This document shows, piece by piece, positions 8,229-15,590 of a stretch of DNA of 32,000 nucleotides. The number at the start of each line of letters is the position of its first letter. Position 1 is the stretch's first letter. The notes beneath the pieces were generated by a model, which saw only the letters and a list, made by a program, of their open reading frames with translations, did no database searches and had not been told where the DNA came from. Source of the DNA: Candidatus Saccharimonadota bacterium (lineage in GTDB: Bacteria; Patescibacteriota; Saccharimonadia; Saccharimonadales; Saccharimonadaceae). The translations under genes and the position numbers were made by a program. The stretch is from assembly GCF_025273655.1 (NCBI RefSeq), contig NZ_CP045921.1, positions 330,001 through 362,000 of the forward strand, written 5' to 3'.

Positions 8229-9508
8229 TGCGCGAGTCGCTACGCAGGGTGGGTATAAATACTCAAAGTTTGCTACGCCGCCATAATCCCGACTATCGGA
8301 TTTTGACCTACACGGTTATTTTGGTTGTTATCGGTTTGATTATCATCTTTGCGATTGGGCCGCAGCGTGCCAATGTACTCAACGAATCGTTCGGCAGCGA
8401 TCTTTCGGACACGTACTTCGTGATCAAACAGGCGAGTAGTGTCGTGGCGGCAGTGGCGGCATTTGTAGTGGCATACCGCGTGAGTCTCGACTGGATGTTA
8501 CGGCGGCGACTGGGTATTTTACTCACGGGTTTCGCAGCCTGTTTCTTGCTAGTACTACTAGGTAATGTGTTGCATATGGAATCCGTGGCGCAGTGTGCCC
8601 TTGGTGCGTGTCGTTGGTTTGTGGTGCCGGGACTTGGCACGGTGCAGCCGGCAGAGATTTTGAAATTTGGCCTCTTGATATATCTCGCAGGATTTTTGGC
8701 GGCGCGGATGCGTACTGGACTTATCAATGACCGCGACAAAACAATCATACCAGTTATCATACTGATGGCAGCCGCCGCTTTGTTCGTGATTGTACTCCAA
8801 AAAGACCTCGGCACCGGTATCGCTACGGTCTCGATAGTTGTGTCTATGTTTGTCGTATCGGGTATGCACAGGCAAGTTGGTTTGGCGCTGCTCGGGTTAC
8901 TACTGGTGGCGGGACTGTTAGTGATTATCACTGCGCCGCACCGTATTGACCGTGTTATGACATTTCTCAAGGGTGACGAGGCGTCGGTAGATGACGCATC
9001 CGGGTATCATATTGCGCATGCTAAGATCGCGATCGGCAGCGGCGGCGTGCTAGGTGTAGGTATTGGCAATAGCGTCCAAGCGGCGGGGTACTTGCCAGAG
9101 GCAATCAATGACTCGGTATTTGCAATTCTTGGCGAAACGTTTGGATTTGTGGGTTTGGTGTTTATTTTGGTGATGTTCTATCTACTACTGGTGCGGATAC
9201 TGGGGCTTATAGATCGGCTTGAGAAACCAGAGTATCGCCTCATAGTTGCAGGTGTTTTCGGCTGGATTGCGTCGCATGTTGTCATCAATGTTGCCGCCAT
9301 GACTGGGCTCATGCCACTCACTGGTATCACATTGCCGTTTTTGAGCTTCGGTGGCACCAGTTTGGTATTTATCGCGGCGGCGCTAGGTGTAGTTTTTCAG
9401 ATTTCACGGTATACTGTTCATACACGCATAAAGGAGGAGACGAATGAAGATTCTCGCGGTCGGCGGGGGGTCGGGCGGCCACGTTACGCCAGTCGCCGCA
9501 GTCGTTGA
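8228..9508 (+). CDS. ftsW: SEDS-family peptidoglycan glycosyltransferase FtsW/RodA
   Basis: 426 aa and polytopic. Contains the conserved C-terminal block GLMPLTGITLPFLSFGGTSL. The GTG start overlaps the mraY stop by 1 nt. The basic C-terminal tail overlaps murG by 65 nt. Confidence 0.88.
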   Translation: MRESLRRVGINTQSLLRRHNPDYRILTYTVILVVIGLIIIFAIGPQRANVLNESFGSDLSDTYFVIKQASSVVAAVAAFVVAYRVSLDWMLRRRLGILLTGFAACFLLVLLGNVLHMESVAQCALGACRWFVVPGLGTVQPAEILKFGLLIYLAGFLAARMRTGLINDRDKTIIPVIILMAAAALFVIVLQKDLGTGIATVSIVVSMFVVSGMHRQVGLALLGLLLVAGLLVIITAPHRIDRVMTFLKGDEASVDDASGYHIAHAKIAIGSGGVLGVGIGNSVQAAGYLPEAINDSVFAILGETFGFVGLVFILVMFYLLLVRILGLIDRLEKPEYRLIVAGVFGWIASHVVINVAAMTGLMPLTGITLPFLSFGGTSLVFIAAALGVVFQISRYTVHTRIKEETNEDSRGRRGVGRPRYASRRSR

Positions 9509-10589
9509 ACAGTTGGCTGAGCTTGAAGGCGACAAGTCGATTGATGTGCTGTTTGTGTGTGATCGTGGCTTTGCGCCACAGGCGCGCGGTATTATGAGCA
9601 ATGTATCGGTGCCGGTCGCCGTGCGCACAGTTACTTCTGGCAAGCTGCGACGCTATCCACACCTGTCTTTTTGGCAGCACTTTGCGCATATCAGTATCGT
9701 GGGAAGTAACCTTGTCGATATGTTCAAAGTAGCCATTGGGTTCTTTCAGAGCTTGGTGCTCATCGCGCAGTTTCGTCCAGATGTTGTACTGGCAAAAGGT
9801 GGGTTTGTCTGCTTGCCGGTAGGATTTGCCGCCTGGTGCCTGCGGCGTCCACTTGTAATCCATGACTCCGACGCTCGGCCCGGACTCACTGCTCGGTTGC
9901 TAGTACGATTCGCAACCACTATTGCCACTGGTTTTCCGCTCAAAAACTACACATATCCATCTGCGAAGAGTCACTATGTCGGAGTGCCTATTGATCAGGC
10001 GTATAGTCCTGTATCGGCCGAAGAACAGGCTGCCTACAAGCAGGCGCTGGGTTACGATCCTACTAAACCGATGTTGATGGCGTTTGGCGGTGGTCTTGGG
10101 TCGGTAAATATCAACGATGCGGCGGCCGATCTGGCGCGTGCACTAGGGGACGGAGTGACAGTCTACAATGGCACCGGTACTGCTCATGTTGAGCGTGCAG
10201 AGCAGCGTGGAGCGGGACTTATGAATTATCATCCTGAAGGGTTTGTGTATGGACTGCACGATATTATGGCGGCCGCCGACTTGGTGATAACAAGGGCGAG
10301 TGCCACTGCGCTGCAAGAGCTGGCTGGCATGAGCAAGCCTACTATCGCTGTACCTGGGCGGCAGCTCGCCGATCAGCACTATAACGCCAAGATATTTGGT
10401 GCGGCAGATGCTGTAGTGGTATTACAAGATGACGAGCTTGCTACCGGCGATCGGCTTACTACTACTGTACGTGAACTACTCGATTCTCCAGATCGCCGTG
10501 ATGCGCTCGCGCAGTCGTTTCATACATTTGCAAAACCGGACGCAGCACTTCAGCTCGCCAAGCTAGTGATCGCGGCGGCAAAGTCGTAG
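9444..10589 (+). CDS. murG: UDP-GlcNAc:lipid I GlcNAc transferase MurG
   Basis: 381 aa with N-terminal KILAVGGGSGGHVTP (the G-loop typical of MurG) and a GT-B fold-like C-terminal half. A strong SD, AGGAGGAG, precedes the ATG. Confidence 0.9.
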   Translation: MKILAVGGGSGGHVTPVAAVVEQLAELEGDKSIDVLFVCDRGFAPQARGIMSNVSVPVAVRTVTSGKLRRYPHLSFWQHFAHISIVGSNLVDMFKVAIGFFQSLVLIAQFRPDVVLAKGGFVCLPVGFAAWCLRRPLVIHDSDARPGLTARLLVRFATTIATGFPLKNYTYPSAKSHYVGVPIDQAYSPVSAEEQAAYKQALGYDPTKPMLMAFGGGLGSVNINDAAADLARALGDGVTVYNGTGTAHVERAEQRGAGLMNYHPEGFVYGLHDIMAAADLVITRASATALQELAGMSKPTIAVPGRQLADQHYNAKIFGAADAVVVLQDDELATGDRLTTTVRELLDSPDRRDALAQSFHTFAKPDAALQLAKLVIAAAKS

Positions 10590-10629
10590 CGCACAAGGCA
10601 TAAAACTGGTAGAATGAAGCATAAGTATC

Positions 10630-11565
10630 ATGCCTCGTTTCTCACGTAAATCTGGAACAGATGTCGGACCACCTCGCAGAAGGCGGTCTGTTGAAGATGC
10701 GGGCTCTCCAGCTCGCAAGGACTCGCTGTATATGCGTGGACGCACCTTGGCTGGTGCGACAAGCCATACCCTACGCAGCGCAGAGCCTCGCGCATTGAGT
10801 AACGCAACACCTAGAGAAAAAGTACACCATCTGACAAATCTGCGCCGTCGCTTGACACTAGTGCTCAGCATGTCGCTTGGCGTTATTATCTTACTCATGG
10901 TATTTCTGTATCAGTTTACGGCTGGTGTGCAAGTGGGATTCAGCGGTGCTCGCCCTGCGTCGAGTAGCGAGTACGAGCAAGCCATCCAAGAATATCTATC
11001 GCAGAATCCACTTGAGAGATTACGATTCAACCTTGATGCAGATAAGCTCAATACCTTTGTGAACACTAAGCTACCCGAAGTAGAGCAAGTCAGTGTGGGT
11101 GGTTATACTGGGCCTGTGACCTCGGGATTTGATATTACGCTCCGTAAGCCCGTCGTGAGTTGGAATGTCGATGACAAAACATACTTTGTTGATTCCCACG
11201 GCGTCTCCTTTACAAAGAACATCTACGAAAATCCGACTGTGACAATTGTTGACAATAGCGGTGTCGAGCATACCTCTGGCACGGCTATTGCGAGCGAGCG
11301 TTTCCTCACATTTGTCGGTAAGGTCGTGGCACAGGCCGAGGCAAACGGCCACAAGGTGACAAAGGTGGCGATCCCAGCCGGCACTTCTCGCCAGGTTGAG
11401 CTCTATGTTGAAGGTCACGACTATCCGGTTATTATGTCAATCGATCGTTCGGCAGGGGAGCAGGCCGAGGACATGGCGCGCTCAATCGCCTATTTTGACA
11501 AGCAGGGGCGTAAACCGAAATATCTTGATATCCGCGTCAAAGGTAAAGTGTTTTTCAGGGAGTAG
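10630..11565 (+). CDS. ftsQ: FtsQ/DivIB-like cell division protein
   Basis: 311 aa with an Arg-rich cytoplasmic N-terminus, a single TM helix (LTLVLSMSLGVIILLMVFLYQF) and an extracytoplasmic POTRA-like region. It sits after murG. The exact start is uncertain. Confidence 0.6.
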   Translation: MPRFSRKSGTDVGPPRRRRSVEDAGSPARKDSLYMRGRTLAGATSHTLRSAEPRALSNATPREKVHHLTNLRRRLTLVLSMSLGVIILLMVFLYQFTAGVQVGFSGARPASSSEYEQAIQEYLSQNPLERLRFNLDADKLNTFVNTKLPEVEQVSVGGYTGPVTSGFDITLRKPVVSWNVDDKTYFVDSHGVSFTKNIYENPTVTIVDNSGVEHTSGTAIASERFLTFVGKVVAQAEANGHKVTKVAIPAGTSRQVELYVEGHDYPVIMSIDRSAGEQAEDMARSIAYFDKQGRKPKYLDIRVKGKVFFRE

Positions 11566-12533
11566 GGGATAGTTGAGCTTTGAGTAGTGGGGCAATAGGG
11601 TGTACTCTGCTCTTTTACATGATGTTCTATTTTCGTTCTATTTTATAAAAAACATACAAAAATACAAAAATATAAAAAAGTCAAATTCTCCAATAAGCTT
11701 CGACGAGAGAAGGGGGTAGGGGTGAGAGGCCAGGCCAGCTAACAGTCACATGTATCGCGGGAGGTATGTCACACGCGGCGGCTCGGGATCTGCAGATTGC
11801 GACACAAAAAACATATTTCTGTGGAAAAACTATACAATGTCAAATATTGCAGGAAAAGTCAAATAATCTTGTGCTTTGTAGCAGAACGTACAATATCGTG
11901 CGAACGCTTTTGGTGAGGTCGGCGCTCTATGTATAAGGATAGTTTTCCGTGTATAAATAACATTGCAATGTGTGGCAAAAGACGCAGAGGTCGCTCTATA
12001 TGTGCAGGGGTGCCCCCTATCAACCATAAAGTACGAAATACTTACATGTTCTATACGTGTTTTCTTATACAACAATCATTTGTTTGTTTTATGTCGTAAA
12101 AGATATATTGTGCGACATTAAATATCAACGCATGTTATGATACCTGTATACATTCATAATACTTACGTTTTTGCTGCTATGATGATCATACTATATAATT
12201 ACACCCTACTATGACGTATCACCCTCTTCCCGCTCTGTTTATAGATCACTGGGGTCTCGAATGCTCGGTTTGTTGTGCCTGTCTATGTGTCAATTGCCAC
12301 GACTTTGCCGCAAACCCGTCAAGTTCGTACTTACTATCTCAATTTTAAGCTTTACGTTCGCGGTCTGTACGTGAGTTGTCGATATCAGTCTGCGCAGCAA
12401 TCGAGTTATTGTGGTCGTCAGCAGGAACAAATATAAGTTCTATTTCTGTTCTACTGAGTTAAGATATTATAAGTATCAGAAGAGCGATATCGCTGCGAAT
12501 AGGCTCCCCTGCCCTTACTAATAGATAAGTGTC

Positions 12534-12767
12534 CTAGTTTTTTTGGTCGTCTGATTTCTTGGCGGCTGCAGCAAGCGTGAGCCCGCCAGTGAGTAGCAGG
12601 TAGATGATTGGCAAGATACCAGCACTGTTGATGATGAGTAGCACGACGAACCAGACTTTGCTGTCGTGATGCGCGGCGCGCCAGAGTGCTAGGCCTTTCC
12701 ACAACAAGTCCCATAGCGCGATGAGCACTATAATTGCGGCGTTATCTTGTAAAAATTGCATATTCAT
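12534..12767 (-). CDS. Small 2-TM membrane protein (resembles the DUF5652 / PLD-nuclease-N-type family, from memory)
   Basis: 77 aa. The pattern ALWDLLWKGLALWRAAHHDSKVWFVVLLIINSAGILPIIYLLL fits that small-protein family. GAGGA lies 9 nt upstream of the ATG. Confidence 0.6.
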   Translation of the reverse strand: MNMQFLQDNAAIIVLIALWDLLWKGLALWRAAHHDSKVWFVVLLIINSAGILPIIYLLLTGGLTLAAAAKKSDDQKN

Positions 12768-12832
12768 CTAGCGAGTCCTCACTTATAATATGCAACTAGT
12801 ATCTCATACTTGTGGCTGGTTTTCGAGAGACG

Positions 12833-13156
12833 CTAAGAGAGCGATTCGGTCGCTTCTGGCTCTTTCGCCACAATGAGTTCTGCGCGCGGCGGTGCAGCGG
12901 GCTTGGTTTGCTGCTCCATGAGCTCGCGGATGCGTCGAATATCTTTTTGTGTTTCCAGCGTGGCCTTTTCTACTTTATAGCGACGGATGGTGCTGAACGA
13001 TACGTAGATGAGAAAAAGTATCGTCAGGATGATCGTGATGACGATACTCGTGATCATGAGCGGCATTAACGCATTGAGGTCGAGGCTTGGTGCGGCGGTA
13101 GTGCTCCCCTGCTGAAGTTGTTGCTGGAGTGAATCGAGTGATGTAGTGTCTTGCAT
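12833..13156 (-). CDS. Single-pass membrane protein (hypothetical)
   Basis: Starts at the ATG at 13156; the track start at 13162 is GTG. TATACT at 13167-13172 (- strand) lies 10 nt upstream of the ATG. Contains the TM helix LMITSIVITIILTILFLIYV and a charged C-terminal tail. Confidence 0.5.
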   Translation of the reverse strand: MQDTTSLDSLQQQLQQGSTTAAPSLDLNALMPLMITSIVITIILTILFLIYVSFSTIRRYKVEKATLETQKDIRRIRELMEQQTKPAAPPRAELIVAKEPEATESLS

Positions 13157-13221
13157 AAGCACTACTAGTATACACCCGATAGGTGCAGCGAGGCTGAAAA
13201 TGCGCTATACTAAAGAGAGCG

Positions 13222-15489
13222 ATGAACAAGTTTCAGACCGTCATCATATCCAACCGCCTGCCAGTCAGTGTCAGTAGAAAAGACGGAAAATTAGTGTACG
13301 AAGCCAGCTCCGGTGGTCTTGCCACTGCCATGAGCTCCCTTGAAGTGGAAGATAAAGTTTGGATTGGCTGGCCGGGCATAGATGCTGATACGTTGAGTGA
13401 CGATGAACGCGCGGAAATTACGCAGGAATTGGCAGGGCGAGGCTGTTATCCGGTATTCCTCACAGCTGAAGAAGTAGAGCTGTACTACGAGGGCTACGCA
13501 AACGACACTCTATGGCCGCTGTTTCACTATTTCCAGAGCGTAGCGCATTATTCGGACAAGTACTGGCAGGCGTATCTCACAGTTAACGAGAAGTTTGCGG
13601 CCGCGACTGCTGAAGTATCGGCTGATGATGCCCGTATTTGGATCCAGGATTATCACTTCATGTTGCTGCCGGCTCAGATTCGAGAGCGCCTCTCAGGCGC
13701 AACAATTGGCTTTTTTCTCCACATTCCCTTCCCTAGTTTCGAGATCTTTCGCCTACTCCCACAGCGTAAAGAACTGCTGCGCGGATTGCTCGGTGCCGAC
13801 GTGGTGGGGTTTCATGTCTACGACTATGCGCAGCATTTTCTCGATAGCTGTCGACGCTTACTGGGCGCGTCTGCGTCGAGTGGCATGTTGGAATACGAGG
13901 GTCGCATGGTTAAGGCGGCCGCCTACCCTATCGGCATAGACTACGACAAATTCCGTGCACAGCTTGATACGCGCGAGACCAAGGATGCACTGAAGCAACT
14001 TGAAGACGCCTACGGCAAGCAAAAACTTATTTTGTCGGTGGATCGCCTGGACTATTCCAAAGGCATCCCGGAGCGGCTCGAAGCGTTTCGCTTATTACTT
14101 GAGCAGCATCCTGAATATCATGGCAAGGTAAAGCTTCTGATGGTAGCAGTCCCCTCTCGCACAGGTGTTAAAGCATATCAAGAGCTTCGTGACGAAATTG
14201 AAAAGACGGTCAGTCGTATCAACGGCACCTTCGGTACGGTAGATTGGGCGCCGATTTCATATCAGTTTCAGAACCGTCCATTTGCTGAGATTGTAGCCTT
14301 GTACGCGCGCGCAGATATCATGCTGGTGACGCCAATTCGTGACGGCATGAATCTGGTCGCAAAAGAGTATGTGGCCAGCAAAAAACGTCGTGGTGGCGTG
14401 CTGATTCTGAGCGAGATGGCCGGCGCGATTGATGAATTGCCAGAGGCGCTGAGTATCAACCCCAATAACGCGCAGACAGTAGCAGATGCTACGCATCATG
14501 CCCTGACAATGCCTGTCGCCGAGCAAAAGAAGCGCCTGACTGACATGCAGCAGCGACTGAGTGTGGTGACGGTGCAAAATTGGGGCAAAGAATTTATGCA
14601 TGATTTAGAACAGGCTGCTGCACAAGATGGTTCGCGCAAACAATTGTCGCTTACGCAGCGCCAGCGTATCGCGGCACGGTATCAGACCGCGACGAGGCGC
14701 CTCATTATTCTCGACTACGATGGTACGCTACGAGGTTTTGTGAAGACGCCATCACCCCTGGCTGCTACGCCAAATCTGCGCGTTTGGCGCGTGCTGAAAG
14801 CACTGAGTGACGATCCTAACACAACTGTAGCGATTGTAAGCGGTCGTACGCGACGTGCGCTGTCAAGTTGGTTTGTGGGGTTGCCACTTGTGCTTGCTGC
14901 CGAACATGGAGCCTGGAAACGCTACGACGGCAAGTGGCAGCAGATCGACAGCGGCTTCAAAAAAGACAAGAAACGTATTCGCCAAGTGATGGAGAAGTAT
15001 TCTGGTCGTACCAAAGGCGCCGAGATCGAAGAAAAAGACCATGCGATGGTGTGGCATTATGCCAATGTAGAGCCAGATGTGGCATTTAAGCGCGCGAGTG
15101 AGCTGAAGCGTGAGCTCGGTGAGCTTCTGGTCGATGACGACATCGCGGTACACGAAGGGCGTAATATCGTTGAGGTGAAGCCAACGGCTGTGACAAAAGG
15201 CAACGTAGTACGCGAACTACGGCGTCACTATGCGGCTGATTTTGTGCTTTGCGCGGGTGATGATTATACCGACGAAGATATGTTTCGCGAGTTGCAAGAT
15301 GATCCAGGCGCTGTCACAATCAAAGTCGGTCAAGGCGACACCACGGCACGTCATATGGTAGCAAAACCGGCGCAGCTGCTGCGCGTGCTTGAAGACCTGT
15401 CCCCTGTTTCTACGCTGTCTAGTCTGACTGAGATTCCGACCAAGATACCAAAGATTCCGCGCAAGATTTATCGATGGCTGAAACGCTAG
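13222..15489 (+). CDS. otsAB: Bifunctional trehalose-6-phosphate synthase (GT20, OtsA) / trehalose-6-phosphate phosphatase (HAD, OtsB) fusion
   Basis: 755 aa. The N-terminus VIISNRLPVS and GT20-like blocks span residues ~1-470. The C-terminal LIILDYDGTL (DxDGT) plus GDDYTDEDMF are typical of OtsB. Confidence 0.88.
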   Translation: MNKFQTVIISNRLPVSVSRKDGKLVYEASSGGLATAMSSLEVEDKVWIGWPGIDADTLSDDERAEITQELAGRGCYPVFLTAEEVELYYEGYANDTLWPLFHYFQSVAHYSDKYWQAYLTVNEKFAAATAEVSADDARIWIQDYHFMLLPAQIRERLSGATIGFFLHIPFPSFEIFRLLPQRKELLRGLLGADVVGFHVYDYAQHFLDSCRRLLGASASSGMLEYEGRMVKAAAYPIGIDYDKFRAQLDTRETKDALKQLEDAYGKQKLILSVDRLDYSKGIPERLEAFRLLLEQHPEYHGKVKLLMVAVPSRTGVKAYQELRDEIEKTVSRINGTFGTVDWAPISYQFQNRPFAEIVALYARADIMLVTPIRDGMNLVAKEYVASKKRRGGVLILSEMAGAIDELPEALSINPNNAQTVADATHHALTMPVAEQKKRLTDMQQRLSVVTVQNWGKEFMHDLEQAAAQDGSRKQLSLTQRQRIAARYQTATRRLIILDYDGTLRGFVKTPSPLAATPNLRVWRVLKALSDDPNTTVAIVSGRTRRALSSWFVGLPLVLAAEHGAWKRYDGKWQQIDSGFKKDKKRIRQVMEKYSGRTKGAEIEEKDHAMVWHYANVEPDVAFKRASELKRELGELLVDDDIAVHEGRNIVEVKPTAVTKGNVVRELRRHYAADFVLCAGDDYTDEDMFRELQDDPGAVTIKVGQGDTTARHMVAKPAQLLRVLEDLSPVSTLSSLTEIPTKIPKIPRKIYRWLKR

Positions 15490-15590
15490 AATTTTGCAAC
15501 GCCGGTCATACCGGACGTAGGTCCTGGAGACCAATAGAATAATTCGTAGTCTTACTGCGTAATAACATTATCACTCGCGGCGATACTTTT

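Noticed and set aside
8308-8970. 220-aa - strand ORF antisense to ftsW (also 8558-8875)
   Set aside because: This is a shadow ORF inside a gene with strong SEDS family motifs on the + strand. The product is low-complexity and Arg/Thr/Ser-rich, with no SD or promoter.
11624-11680. 11-bp tandem duplication plus an A-rich periodic run, considered as a CRISPR-like or satellite repeat
   Set aside because: There are only two repeat units with no spacers, and the A-rich run is simple low complexity. It is not an array.
11712-11729. G-runs (GGGGG, GGGG, GG, GG) as a possible G-quadruplex
   Set aside because: Only two runs have three or more G, which is too few for a canonical four-tract G4.
11820-11956. 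Near-consensus DnaA boxes in the ORF-free gap (TGTGGAAAA at 11820-11828, rc TTTTCCACA; CGTGTATAA at 11948-11956, rc TTATACACG), suggesting oriC
   Set aside because: Each has one mismatch. About 0.7 such hits are expected per kb on two strands by chance. There is no clustered array, no adjacent dnaA/dnaN and no obvious DUE repeats, so an origin call is not supported.
12812-13229. Track ORFs 12812-13069 (+) and 12975-13229 (-) overlapping the 12833-13156 gene
   Set aside because: They are alternative frames of the same segment. The chosen frame gives a clean TM helix and has a -10 box before its ATG, whereas the others give Arg/His-rich nonsense-like products.
15490-15590. Convergent (15.5 kb) and divergent (28.6 kb) strand-switch points as the replication terminus and origin
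   Set aside because: Gene-orientation switches alone are weak evidence. I saw no dif-like site, dnaA or DnaA-box cluster at either point, and I cannot compute GC skew reliably by eye.
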